From the IMG/VR virus record IMGVR_UViG_2811995091_000194: a DNA stretch of 64,000 bases, one strand, 5' to 3'. This document shows, piece after piece, positions 1 to 9,652 of this stretch. The translations under genes were made by a program, and so were the position numbers. The stretch comes from an uncultured virus (IMG/VR IMGVR_UViG_2811995091_000194). Its lineage: Duplodnaviria > Heunggongvirae > Uroviricota > Caudoviricetes. Within the stretch, counting starts at the first letter, position 1. Each line of letters opens with the position of its first letter. The notes under the pieces are model-generated. The model made no database searches and was not told where the DNA came from. It saw nothing but the letters and a program-made list of their open reading frames with translations.

Positions 1-3000
1 ATGCCGTCTAGAAAAAAGAGCGATATAAGAGAAAGTGACTTCATAGTCCTGCAAAAAAAGCTCTCTGAAAGGGTTGACAGGATTATTTCTCCAAATAACT
101 TTCAAGTTGGTCTTGACTCTGATACATTTAAGAGTCTACTCACAACAAAGGGTGCTTTAGTCGCATCTGGTGGGATAACAGGATCACTCACAAGGCTAAT
201 AGACGGATCAGATTTTATACAGGGCGGAGATAATATTATTATCACAACCGGCTCTAAGGGATCAATACACATAAAGGCAACTGTTGGTAGCGGAAAAGGT
301 GATAGAGATGCTCAATTTGTAGTCCTTTCAGCTACAGGTTCATTAAATTCAGAGCGGGTTCTTGCAGCAGGATCAGGTCTGACATTTAATGACGGCGGCG
401 CCGGTGGAAATATTACAGTTGCTGCCAATGTAAATGACCTAGCATTTGTTTCATCTGCGAGCATTTTCAAATCAGACGTTACGATGGAAAGTAGCACGTA
501 TCTGTTTGGAAATGTATCTGATTTTACCTTAACTGGATCAGTAAAAGGAACACAGTTTCACGTTTCAGCATCGTCAACATTGTTTGATAGCAGAGTTCAT
601 TTTTCACAATCAATATCAGCATTTGAAGCCACAGGTTCGGCAAAATTTCAAACAGGAATAACTGGATCCTTGCACAGACTGATAGACGGAAGAAGCTATC
701 TTAGTGCCGGAGACAATGTTACAATTGATTCTGGATCTGACGCCGGCGGACAGATCATAATTTCAGCTCCTGCAGCGGGCGCTGGCGGCGCTGACAAAGA
801 TGCAAAGTTTTTAGTACTGGGACTAACAGGATCACTTTCAAATGAAAGACTATTCGGGCTAGACAGCGGTCTCAGGGCCACCGACGGCGGTCCCGGTGGG
901 ACTTATCTTTTAAGAATAAATGAAAATGTTGTTGCAAAAGTGTCATCAGGAACAACGTTTACAGATAATGTACATTTTTCTGGAACAGTTTCAGGCTTTA
1001 CTACAACAGGGACAATAAAGGCTAGTGCAGGAGTACAGGTAACAGGGTCAGCATATTTTAATGACTCCATGCATATGTCTGGAAATGTGTCTGGGTTTAT
1101 TCTTACAGGAGCAATACGCGGGCCATCTCTTCATGTTACGTCAGATTCAACTAAGATTGAAAACAATCTATATCTTTCTGCAACAGTTTCAGATTTCACT
1201 GCAACAGGTACAATAAAGGCAACTTCTGGTCTCGAGGTATCATCTAACTCATACTTTAATGGTCCTGTTCAACATAGCGGCAGCGTTTATCTCTCAGGAT
1301 CTGTGTCAGACTTCTCATTAACGGGCACAATAAAGAGCTCTGCATCAAAGGTTATTGAGTCATCTGTTGCAACAGAAATTGAAACATCTGCTGGGACACT
1401 AACACTAGACGGAAAGACAGGTGTTGCAATACATGAGGACGGCGTAGCTGTAATTTCTATTGAGGACAATAGAGATGTAAAGTTTGAGAACCAGGGAGAT
1501 GTGTGGTTTGCTGGAATAGGCGGCTCAACAAGTGATCCCGACGTAGAGTTTGACGGGTATGTTAGGTTCGATGACCAGGTAGAGTTTGACAAAGGTTCGA
1601 GATTTGATGATAGTGTTCATCTCTCAGGATCTGTGTCAGACTTCTCATTAACAGGAACAATAAAGAATTCTGCATCAAAGGTTATTGAGTCATCTGTTGC
1701 AACAGAAATTGAAACATCTGGCGGTGAATTAATACTTGATGGTAGAGACGGAATAAAAATCCAGCAGGGCGGAACAAATGTCATTGTTGCAACAACGGGA
1801 AGCGTGTATATCGGATCAGGAAGCATACATCTTTCTGGATCAGTTTCTGATTTCACTCTAACAGGATCAATTAAAAGCAATGCAGCCAAGGTAATAGAGT
1901 CATCTGCAGCTACAGAGATTGAAACATCTGTTGGCGCATTAACACTTGATGGCAAGACAGGCGTCAATTTTCATGCCGACGGATCTGGCATATTGTCTAT
2001 TGGAACAGGCGGAATTTATCTTTCTGGGTCTGTATCTGATTTTGTCGCAACAGGCACAGCAAAGTTTAATAGCGGATTAAGCGGATCGCTAACAAGATTG
2101 ACTGACGGAACTCCATATATTGTTGCAGGCTCTGGAATATCAGTATCTACTGGATCAGATGGCGCACTAACTATTACAAATGATGGAACTGTTGGTGATA
2201 TATCATCTGTTACAGCAGGAACAGGTCTCACAGGCGGCGGGACATCTGGTGGTGTAACACTCAACATAGATGATAGTATTGTCGCAACTGTGTCTGGATC
2301 AACATTTACAGGAGCAGTTAAATTCGATGGTGGGCTGTCTGGATCTCTACAGACTCTTTCTAGCGGATTATCATATTTGTCTGCGGGAAGTAACGTAAGC
2401 ATTTCAACTGGATCAACAGGCCAGTTGACAATTTCTTCTACAGACACTAATACCACTTACACTGCAGGAGATGGTCTAGATCTCTCTGGGACAACATTCA
2501 GTACAGATCTTAAAGCTTCAGGCGGTTTAAAGATAGACTCAACTGAGTTGACCATTGATGACTCTATCGTCGCAACAGTCTCAGGAGCAACATTCACAGG
2601 TAATATTGTCGCATCATCAGGTCTATCTGGATCATTACAAAATCTTTCAGGAGGGTTGTCATATCTTGCTGCTGGATCTAATGTTACAATTGCAACAGGG
2701 TCTTCAGGACAGATTACAGTCTCATCAACTGACACAAATACAACGTATGGAGCTGGAACAGGTCTTGATTTATCAGGAACAACGTTTAGTATTGATGATT
2801 CAGTAATAGCAACAGTGTCTGGGACAACATTCTCAGGTGCTGTAGGTTTTAGTGCCGGCCTAAGCGGATCTCTGCAAAGCTTAACAAACGGCTTATCATA
2901 TCTTGCTGCAGGTGATGGAATTTCAATATCTTCATCGTCCAACGGACAGATTGTTATTGCAAATGATGGAACAGTTGGAGATATAACTGCTGTTACAGCT

Positions 3001-4698
3001 GGAACAGGTCTCACAGGTGGAGGAACATCAGGTGCCGTAACATTAAATATTGATGATAGCACTGTTGCAACGATATCAGGAAGCAATTTCACAGGAGCAG
3101 TTTTATTCGGTGCAGGAGTATCAGGATCTTTACACCATCTATCAGACGGAACAAGCTATATTGCCGGAGGGTCAAATGTAACGGTCTCAACAGGATCATC
3201 AGGACAGGTGACAATTTCATCTACTGATACAAATACAACTTACACAGCCGGTACTGGATTGTCACTAGGTGGAACAGAGTTTAGTATCAACGACAGCACA
3301 GTGGCAACAGTATCTGGAACAACGTTCAATGGATCTGTAGGTTTTAGTGCTGGTCTAAGCGGATCACTTACAGCTTTATCTGATGGCTCTTCATATATTA
3401 TTGCCGGAAGCAATGTAACAATTGTAACTGGAACGTCTGGAAACATAACAATATCATCTGCTGATCCATCAGGCGGCGCAGACAAAGCAGCACAGTATGT
3501 TGTTATGTCAACAACATCATCTCTTTCAAACGAGCGATCTCTTTCAGCAGGAACAGGTATATCAATATCTGACGGAGGCGCAGGAGGAAGTGTTACATTC
3601 TCTATCAATGATAGTGCAGTAGCAACAGTATCAGGAACAACGTTTACAGGTGCAACAGTTCACGCTGCAGGGTTATCAGGTTCACTTACAACATTATCAG
3701 ACGGAACTGAATATCTCATTGCAGGATCAGGAATATCAATTTCAACTGGATCTGGTGGTGCATTAACAATTACAAGTGACGGTGGCGCAGGATCTGGAGA
3801 CATCACGTCTGTTACAGCAGGAACAGGTCTCACAGGAGGAGGAACATCAGGCGCTGTAACACTGAACGTCGACGACAGTATAGTTGCAACAGTTTCAGGA
3901 ACAACATTTACAGGAGCTGTTAGATTTGACAATAGTGTATATTTGTCTGGGACAGTTTCAGACTTTACACCGACAGGGTCTATAAAGGGTGCGCTTGTAC
4001 ACATTAGTGCTGATTCAACACTATTTGATAATCAAGTTCATCTATCAGGAACACTGTCAGGATTTACATCAACGGGATCAGCTAAGTTTGAAGGCGGCCT
4101 AAGCGGCTCACTAACTAATCTAACTAGTGGGTTACCATATCTTATTGCAGGTGATAATGTCACTATAGCAACAGGATCAAATGGGCAGATAACAATCAAT
4201 GCAGATAGTGAACAGATTAAAAATCAGATGGTATTCAATGAGACACCCTCTGGGGCTATAAACGGATCCAATGTCACGTTTACTCTTGATAGTTCTCCGA
4301 ATCCTGATACAAGCTTAATGTTGTATCTTAACGGACAGTTGCAGTCATCTGGATCATCTGCAGACTATACACTTGACGACAAGACAGTTACATTCGCGCA
4401 AGAGACGACTCCAATATCTGGAGACGTAATGATATCAACATATAGTACTGCAGTAACAGGCGGGACTGCAACTATTAAATTTAATGAGACACCAGCAGGA
4501 ACGCAAAACGGAACAAATACAGCATTTACAATATCAAAATTACCAACAGCTGTAAGTAGAGTTATGATATTTATGAACGGGCAACTTCTTACGCAAGGGG
4601 CAAGCTATGACGTCGTTGTCAGTGATCAGGATGTAACGTTTAATGCTGCACCCCTCTCATCAGACGCAATATTTGCAACTTATCCGTATCTTGGATAA
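1..4698 (+). CDS. Large Gly/Ser/Thr-rich repetitive virion structural protein (tail fibre/appendage-like); start lies at the window edge
   Basis: 1565 aa. Recurring modules GLSGSLxxLxDGxSYLxAGxNVTIxTGSxGQITIS and GDIxxVTAGTGLTGGGTSGxVTLN; two C-terminal FNETPxGxxNGxNxxFT domains. Confidence 0.75.
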   Translation: MPSRKKSDIRESDFIVLQKKLSERVDRIISPNNFQVGLDSDTFKSLLTTKGALVASGGITGSLTRLIDGSDFIQGGDNIIITTGSKGSIHIKATVGSGKGDRDAQFVVLSATGSLNSERVLAAGSGLTFNDGGAGGNITVAANVNDLAFVSSASIFKSDVTMESSTYLFGNVSDFTLTGSVKGTQFHVSASSTLFDSRVHFSQSISAFEATGSAKFQTGITGSLHRLIDGRSYLSAGDNVTIDSGSDAGGQIIISAPAAGAGGADKDAKFLVLGLTGSLSNERLFGLDSGLRATDGGPGGTYLLRINENVVAKVSSGTTFTDNVHFSGTVSGFTTTGTIKASAGVQVTGSAYFNDSMHMSGNVSGFILTGAIRGPSLHVTSDSTKIENNLYLSATVSDFTATGTIKATSGLEVSSNSYFNGPVQHSGSVYLSGSVSDFSLTGTIKSSASKVIESSVATEIETSAGTLTLDGKTGVAIHEDGVAVISIEDNRDVKFENQGDVWFAGIGGSTSDPDVEFDGYVRFDDQVEFDKGSRFDDSVHLSGSVSDFSLTGTIKNSASKVIESSVATEIETSGGELILDGRDGIKIQQGGTNVIVATTGSVYIGSGSIHLSGSVSDFTLTGSIKSNAAKVIESSAATEIETSVGALTLDGKTGVNFHADGSGILSIGTGGIYLSGSVSDFVATGTAKFNSGLSGSLTRLTDGTPYIVAGSGISVSTGSDGALTITNDGTVGDISSVTAGTGLTGGGTSGGVTLNIDDSIVATVSGSTFTGAVKFDGGLSGSLQTLSSGLSYLSAGSNVSISTGSTGQLTISSTDTNTTYTAGDGLDLSGTTFSTDLKASGGLKIDSTELTIDDSIVATVSGATFTGNIVASSGLSGSLQNLSGGLSYLAAGSNVTIATGSSGQITVSSTDTNTTYGAGTGLDLSGTTFSIDDSVIATVSGTTFSGAVGFSAGLSGSLQSLTNGLSYLAAGDGISISSSSNGQIVIANDGTVGDITAVTAGTGLTGGGTSGAVTLNIDDSTVATISGSNFTGAVLFGAGVSGSLHHLSDGTSYIAGGSNVTVSTGSSGQVTISSTDTNTTYTAGTGLSLGGTEFSINDSTVATVSGTTFNGSVGFSAGLSGSLTALSDGSSYIIAGSNVTIVTGTSGNITISSADPSGGADKAAQYVVMSTTSSLSNERSLSAGTGISISDGGAGGSVTFSINDSAVATVSGTTFTGATVHAAGLSGSLTTLSDGTEYLIAGSGISISTGSGGALTITSDGGAGSGDITSVTAGTGLTGGGTSGAVTLNVDDSIVATVSGTTFTGAVRFDNSVYLSGTVSDFTPTGSIKGALVHISADSTLFDNQVHLSGTLSGFTSTGSAKFEGGLSGSLTNLTSGLPYLIAGDNVTIATGSNGQITINADSEQIKNQMVFNETPSGAINGSNVTFTLDSSPNPDTSLMLYLNGQLQSSGSSADYTLDDKTVTFAQETTPISGDVMISTYSTAVTGGTATIKFNETPAGTQNGTNTAFTISKLPTAVSRVMIFMNGQLLTQGASYDVVVSDQDVTFNAAPLSSDAIFATYPYLG
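1291..1720 (+). repeat. Near-identical 100-bp direct repeat inside ORF1 (1291-1390 and 1621-1720), with a more diverged third copy near 1831-1930
   Basis: CTCTCAGGATCTGTGTCAGACTTCTCATTAAC...GAAACATCTG; 4 mismatches in 100 nt by manual comparison; 330-nt spacing keeps the frame. Confidence 0.9.
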
Positions 4699-4715
4699 AC
4701 GAACTATTTGGTGTG

Positions 4716-4722
4716 ATATTTA
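4716..4722 (+). promoter_or_regulatory. Putative late-promoter motif ATATTTA
   Basis: ATANTTA recurs shortly upstream of many structural or internal-protein genes. Confidence 0.55.
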
Positions 4723-4730
4723 TATACAGG

Positions 4731-4967
4731 ATGGCAACCTTGTCTGATAGTACAAAACATATCACATCTGACTTAGCGTTGGCAGCATTTCTTGTAATGC
4801 GTGGGCTTCCTCTTATTGATGCTTCAAGAAATCAGGGAAAGTTTGAATTTATATTTAATGACGCCAACAGTGAGGCTGTGAAGCTATCAATTGAATTTGT
4901 CAACAGTGAGTTTTCAAAATTTGATAATCATGTTAGAACATTAAAGAAAATTCTATATAGATCATAA
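4731..4967 (+). CDS. Small conserved phage protein, DUF5659-like
   Basis: ITSDLALAAFL...FEFIF pattern; ATG at 4731. Confidence 0.55.
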   Translation: MATLSDSTKHITSDLALAAFLVMRGLPLIDASRNQGKFEFIFNDANSEAVKLSIEFVNSEFSKFDNHVRTLKKILYRS

Positions 4968-5036
4968 AATATCATCATTTTTTCTAAAGAGTTTCATTGA
5001 TGAATATTTAGTGATGAAAGTTCCGTTTATTATATT

Positions 5037-5058
5037 TGTGTGTGTGTGTGTGTGTGTG
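5037..5058 (+). repeat. (TG)11 dinucleotide tract in the leader of the 746-aa structural gene
   Basis: Read directly; lies between ATATTTA (5004-5010) and the AAGGA RBS of the ATG at 5095. Confidence 0.95.
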
Positions 5059-5094
5059 TAAAACTTAACACAATAATATAAAGGAAAAATAATT

Positions 5095-7335
5095 ATGGCT
5101 GGTTCAAGTACAAAACTTAGACAGTTACAAATAACAGGTTCTATTGACATGTCAACTGCGACAGTCACTGCAATCACTGTTGATAGCACAATGCTATCTG
5201 CATCAAACTTGCAGCAGGACATGAATAACGTTAGAAAGCTAATTGAGGACATCAAGGGTTCAACAAATTGGTACGATGCCGCTGACAGTGATGTTCAACT
5301 GGCTGATCTTACAAAGCATATAGATGCATCTAATGCTAGCGCTGCAGCTGGTCTCGTTCTCAAGAGCGGAATCAAGTCTGATACAGATAGCACTGATGAT
5401 CTCGGTGCGAGTGGCACAGCATTTCGCAAGCTATATGTCGACGACATTGACCTAAATGGTCAAGGTTCAATTAGCATGGGCGGCGGAAATAGAATAGACC
5501 TAGATGCCAATGATGACACGTCAGTCCGCGCAGATGGCGCTGATGCCATTCTGTTTGAGGTAGGTGGCGTTGATGAGGTGGTAATTGCATCAAATCTATT
5601 AGCTCCCTCAGCATCAGATGGCGCAGCACTAGGTTCAACTAGCCTAGAGTGGTCAGATCTGTATCTCGCCGACGGCGCAGTAATTAATCTTGGTAATGAT
5701 CAAGATGTAACGCTAACACACGTCGCTGATACAGGATTGCTGCTTAGCGGTTCTACAAATATACAGCTTCAGTTTAGAGATGCTGCTCTTTCAATTAATT
5801 CATCAGTAGATGGCCAATTAGATATTGATGCAGATACTGAGTTAGAGATCACAGCACCGATTGTTGACATAAATGCGTCGACTTCAGTGAATGTTTCTAA
5901 TGATCTTAAGCTTGATTCAGACAATTCAATATTTGCAATGGGTGCTGATGCTAATGATTTCACTATCACTCATGATGGCACGACTGGTGCCACCATCGCT
6001 GCAACAACACAGGTTGACATTACAGCTGGAGCTGCTTCAACATGGCACGCCTCAGCTGGCGACCTAACAATCGGCGGTGCCTCACAGGCAAATGCTGTTG
6101 TTATAAAGTCAGTAGAAGCAACTGCAGATGCAATTGACATCATAGCTTCTGCCGGTGGAGTCGAGGTTAATCTCGGAGATGCAGGCGGCACATTTAGCAT
6201 GGTGGTAAAGGATGATGCGGACGAGACACAATTCTCCGTCAACACCGCCGGTGCAGCATATGTCCAGGGCAATCTACAGGTCAACGGTGATAACATCGCT
6301 GACAGTAGTGGTAATGCTGCTTTCACATTCGACGGATCTGCTAACGTAAGAGTTAACGGAAACCTCGAGGTGATGGGAACATCAATCACAGCTGATGTAG
6401 CAAATCTTCTTGTTGAGGATCCGATTGTCCTCTTTGGATCTGGTGCAGCATCATCAAATGCAAATGGTGGTTTTGCTCTGGCATCAGGCTCATCGACATC
6501 AAATCAAGCTCTCGTCTTCGGTCGTGTGGCCAATGATGTCTGGGGTGTTGGAAAAAAAGATGTCGTAAGTGGTGAGGTCACAACGCTCGCAGATATGTCA
6601 CTTGTTGACCTTAGGGCTAGCAGGTTCCAGATTGACAGCGCAAATGATTACATTGACGTCTCAACAGACCTTCAGATCATCGCTGCAGCTGATATTCTTT
6701 TGGATCCAGCTGGAGGCGACGTGATTCTTGATGGTAATCTTGTTTCACAAACAGATAACACTGATGCCCTTGGAGCAAACGGTACAGCCTGGTCAGATCT
6801 ATTCTTAGCGACAGGAGCGGTTGTCAATTTCGATGCAGGTGATGTTACATTGACTCACAGCTCTAACACTCTAACACTTGATGCAGGCAGTAATTTTATT
6901 GCAACAAACATAAGTGGCTCACTGACAAAGCTAGACGATGGAACTGACTATATCATTGCTGGAAGCGGTATTGATATTGTAACAGGTTCAAGTGGTGAAC
7001 TTACAATCTCCGCACCGTCTGGTGAGATCAAGAGGTCTAGAAGCTTCTACACTGTTACTGGATCACATGCAAATGGACAAAATCTCACACTAGACACATC
7101 ATCAGGAAAGACTGGCTTCACAAACGTCACAGCTCAAAATAATCCTTATGATGCACTAGACGTCTATCTCAATGGACAGTACATGAGATCAGGTACATCT
7201 GCAGCAAATGGTGACTATACAGTTAGTCCAGAATTTGCAGTTGCTAGTGGCTCGTTTGGCGCCGCTGACATCGTTTTCTTCTTTGCACTTGAAAATGGTG
7301 ACATCGTAGCAACATATGAACATGATAGAGCCTAA
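5095..7335 (+). CDS. Virion structural protein (beta-rich, fibre-like)
   Basis: 746 aa, Ala/Asp/Gly/Ser-rich; repeated ALG...WSDLxLAxGAVxNxxxxDVTLTH; shares the ISGSLTKLxDGTxYIIAGSGI module with ORF1. Confidence 0.7.
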   Translation: MAGSSTKLRQLQITGSIDMSTATVTAITVDSTMLSASNLQQDMNNVRKLIEDIKGSTNWYDAADSDVQLADLTKHIDASNASAAAGLVLKSGIKSDTDSTDDLGASGTAFRKLYVDDIDLNGQGSISMGGGNRIDLDANDDTSVRADGADAILFEVGGVDEVVIASNLLAPSASDGAALGSTSLEWSDLYLADGAVINLGNDQDVTLTHVADTGLLLSGSTNIQLQFRDAALSINSSVDGQLDIDADTELEITAPIVDINASTSVNVSNDLKLDSDNSIFAMGADANDFTITHDGTTGATIAATTQVDITAGAASTWHASAGDLTIGGASQANAVVIKSVEATADAIDIIASAGGVEVNLGDAGGTFSMVVKDDADETQFSVNTAGAAYVQGNLQVNGDNIADSSGNAAFTFDGSANVRVNGNLEVMGTSITADVANLLVEDPIVLFGSGAASSNANGGFALASGSSTSNQALVFGRVANDVWGVGKKDVVSGEVTTLADMSLVDLRASRFQIDSANDYIDVSTDLQIIAAADILLDPAGGDVILDGNLVSQTDNTDALGANGTAWSDLFLATGAVVNFDAGDVTLTHSSNTLTLDAGSNFIATNISGSLTKLDDGTDYIIAGSGIDIVTGSSGELTISAPSGEIKRSRSFYTVTGSHANGQNLTLDTSSGKTGFTNVTAQNNPYDALDVYLNGQYMRSGTSAANGDYTVSPEFAVASGSFGAADIVFFFALENGDIVATYEHDRA

Positions 7336-7371
7336 TAATGGTTATGATAAACTTTAGTTTACTCTAGAGTT

Positions 7372-7409
7372 GCGGCCCTGGGGATTTTATCCCCAGGGCC
7401 GCTTTGTTT
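7372..7409 (+). terminator. Intrinsic terminator
   Basis: 14-bp stem GCGGCCCTGGGGAT/ATCCCCAGGGCCGC followed by TTTGTTT. Confidence 0.9.
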
Positions 7410-7446
7410 ATTATTGCATAAATATAGCACATATAGAAGGGAAACG

Positions 7447-7941
7447 ATGTCTGATTTTTTAAAAATTAGTGGTGAGATAGATGCACTTACAAATATTAGG
7501 CTTAGCCTTGATGAAAATGCCAAAAAGATAGAGAAAAATCTAGAAATTGACAAGATAATAATAGAGAGGTCTGAAGGGCCATGCGCTCATATATCTAGAT
7601 TTATAAAAGGTCTGGAGGGTGAGCTTAACAGCCTAGAAAGTGTTGAAAAGAAATATGCAATTACAGTAGCTGCACTATCACAAATAAGTAAATTTTCTAG
7701 TGAATACGCATTAAATGAGAGAATGGGAGCTGCAAAAAAAGAAGGAATGCTAGAGGGCTTTAGGATATACATGCAGACAATTGATGAGCATATCAGTGAA
7801 AAGAAAAGAGATATAGAAGCACTCCAGAGAATAGAATCACGCATACACGCAGGAGATGATTTGAAAAATAGAAAGACGGGTGAAAGGCCAGAAAGAATAA
7901 GAGATATAAGAATGCTTAGTGAAAACAAAGAGGGAGAATGA
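7447..7941 (+). CDS. Hypothetical coiled-coil protein
   Basis: Charged helical ORF; ATG at 7447 after AGAAGGGA. Confidence 0.6.
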   Translation: MSDFLKISGEIDALTNIRLSLDENAKKIEKNLEIDKIIIERSEGPCAHISRFIKGLEGELNSLESVEKKYAITVAALSQISKFSSEYALNERMGAAKKEGMLEGFRIYMQTIDEHISEKKRDIEALQRIESRIHAGDDLKNRKTGERPERIRDIRMLSENKEGE

Positions 7942-7945
7942 GAAT

Positions 7946-8179
7946 ATGACACCAGTAGTAATTTTATATTCATATACATGCATCGCAATAGCATATTTGC
8001 TACTTCATCTATGCTTGCTAACATCATCAGCGCACGCAAGAGATGTATCAAGATCGAAGGAGTTCAAGCTATTATATAAAAAGCTAAAAGATTATCATAT
8101 AGCACAGATAAAGCTATCAGCCTTGTGGCCGTACATGATAGTTCGTGACACACTTAGATTAATTAAGCATAACGACTAA
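7946..8179 (+). CDS. Hypothetical membrane protein
   Basis: N-terminal hydrophobic segment; GGAG upstream. Confidence 0.5.
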   Translation: MTPVVILYSYTCIAIAYLLLHLCLLTSSAHARDVSRSKEFKLLYKKLKDYHIAQIKLSALWPYMIVRDTLRLIKHND

Positions 8180-8191
8180 TGATAAAACAGC

Positions 8192-8845
8192 GTGTCTAGT
8201 AGCCCGGCAGTAATTAAATTAGGTCTAAAGATACGATATCTAAAGGCAGAGCTAGATGAGTGCCAGCAAATCTATGATTCAGGAAAGATTCAATTTTTTA
8301 ATAGTGCAATTGAAAGAAAGGATCAAATGGGAGCAAAAGATGATGAAATTAGCAATGAATCTTTAAGTGATAACGGTGACATCTCACCAATCGATGAAAG
8401 CCCATCACAACCCGAACATGATCACACTATAGATGATTTTGATCACACAGACGACAGCGTAATAGAAAAACCGTCATGGGTAAAAAAAATATTTAGAGAG
8501 ATAGCATTGATGACACATCCTGACAAGATGCCGCCATCATTAAATAAAATATTACAAGAGAAGCTAGTCAAAATCTATAAGAAGGCAGCTGAGTCATATA
8601 AGAGCAACAACTATATAAATCTTATAGAGTCTGCCAGTGATCTTGGAATAGACATAAGCGTTGATGATGATGAATTCACCTCATTTCTTAAAGGAGAGAT
8701 AGTGACGCTTGAAAGAAAGATATCTGATATAAAAGTGAGTGCAATATGGCAATGGATTCATGCAGATGATACAGGAAGGTCAGACATAATGAATATGTTT
8801 GTAAAGATCAGGGGCTGGAGTGACACCCAGAATGAAGAGTCGTAG
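8192..8845 (+). CDS. J-domain-containing protein
   Basis: Central KKIFREIALMTHPDK helix with HPD motif. Confidence 0.6.
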   Translation: MSSSPAVIKLGLKIRYLKAELDECQQIYDSGKIQFFNSAIERKDQMGAKDDEISNESLSDNGDISPIDESPSQPEHDHTIDDFDHTDDSVIEKPSWVKKIFREIALMTHPDKMPPSLNKILQEKLVKIYKKAAESYKSNNYINLIESASDLGIDISVDDDEFTSFLKGEIVTLERKISDIKVSAIWQWIHADDTGRSDIMNMFVKIRGWSDTQNEES

Positions 8846-8846
8846 C

Positions 8847-8875
8847 GTGTAAATTTACAAGATTTATAATATGAT
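8847..8875 (+). promoter_or_regulatory. Sigma70-like promoter GTGTAA-N17-TATGAT
   Basis: Member of the recurrent DTGYAA-N17-TANNNT family. Confidence 0.65.
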
Positions 8876-8881
8876 TACTGT

Positions 8882-9313
8882 GTGCAATGGACCCCACCAA
8901 CATCTCCATACAATCTAATTCAGGAGCAGCTGCATCATGATCCCTGGAAGATATTTGTTGCCTGTATTTTTTGCAATCTAACTAAAAGAGTTGATGCAGA
9001 GCCATTCATGTGGGAGTTCTTTGAAAGGTACCCAACACCTGATGATGCGTCACATGCAGACACTTCTGAGATAGAGAAAATGATACAACCTCTAGGGTTG
9101 TCCCAGAGACGTTCTAAGGCCCTGGTAAAGATGTCTGATGGCTACCTAAGAGACGACTGGAGGAGCAGCCCAGAGATTCTCTACGGGATCGGAAAGTATG
9201 CAATAGATGCATATCGGATCTTCTGCCTCGGAGAGTGGAGAGATGTGAATCCTAAGGATGGCGCATTAGTGAACTATCACAATTTCTTAAAGAGAATACA
9301 TGGTTTACGCTGA
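8882..9313 (+). CDS. MBD4-like HhH-GPD mismatch DNA glycosylase
   Basis: WTPPTSPYNLIQEQLHHDPWK and LYGIGKYAIDAYRIFC...P.D..L..YH closely match the MBD4 glycosylase domain as recalled. Confidence 0.85.
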   Translation: MQWTPPTSPYNLIQEQLHHDPWKIFVACIFCNLTKRVDAEPFMWEFFERYPTPDDASHADTSEIEKMIQPLGLSQRRSKALVKMSDGYLRDDWRSSPEILYGIGKYAIDAYRIFCLGEWRDVNPKDGALVNYHNFLKRIHGLR

Positions 9314-9318
9314 CAATC

Positions 9319-9382
9319 TGTGTGTGTAATTTTATATGAGGTTTTTAACTAGCCTCACACTCAACACACACACACACACACA
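9319..9382 (+). repeat. TGTGTGTGT ... (CA)9 complementary tracts flanking a GAGG/CCTC hairpin, ending at an RBS
   Basis: TG tract 9319-9327, CA tract 9365-9382, then GGAG. Confidence 0.85.
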
Positions 9383-9392
9383 GGAGATGAAG

Positions 9393-9590
9393 ATGAGTGA
9401 CAATAAAAGCGGGTACGAGCTCCGCACTGATTTGCTCGGAATGGCGATCGGTATTTTAGAGAGCCGAATTTCACGGCAATTTGACAATGAATGTCTTAGA
9501 CCAGAAGGCCAACGCCAGGCGGTAAGTCCGTATACAACTGAAGACGTATTGGTTGAGGCTGAAAAGCTATATACATTTGTTCAGCATTAG
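9393..9590 (+). CDS. Small conserved phage protein (YELRxxLL...YTTEDVLxxAEKLYxFV type)
   Basis: AGGAG RBS 6 nt before ATG 9393; 65 aa helical protein of a type I recall from large myoviruses. Confidence 0.7.
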   Translation: MSDNKSGYELRTDLLGMAIGILESRISRQFDNECLRPEGQRQAVSPYTTEDVLVEAEKLYTFVQH

Positions 9591-9625
9591 TAAGAAATTC
9601 AGATCACTAAAGATTGAATTAAAAT

Positions 9626-9652
9626 GCGCGAGGGAGGCAGCCTCCCTCGCGC
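9626..9652. terminator. Likely bidirectional terminator between convergent genes
   Basis: 12-bp stem GCGCGAGGGAGG/CCTCCCTCGCGC flanked by A/T runs. Confidence 0.85.

Noticed and set aside
312..6389. Many minus-strand ORFs opposite the two structural genes
   Set aside because: Antisense shadows of repetitive Gly/Ser/Thr codons; no RBS or recognisable domains
9336..9392. N-terminal THTHT extension of the small ORF in the track
   Set aside because: It is the translated (CA)n tract; the RBS points to ATG 9393
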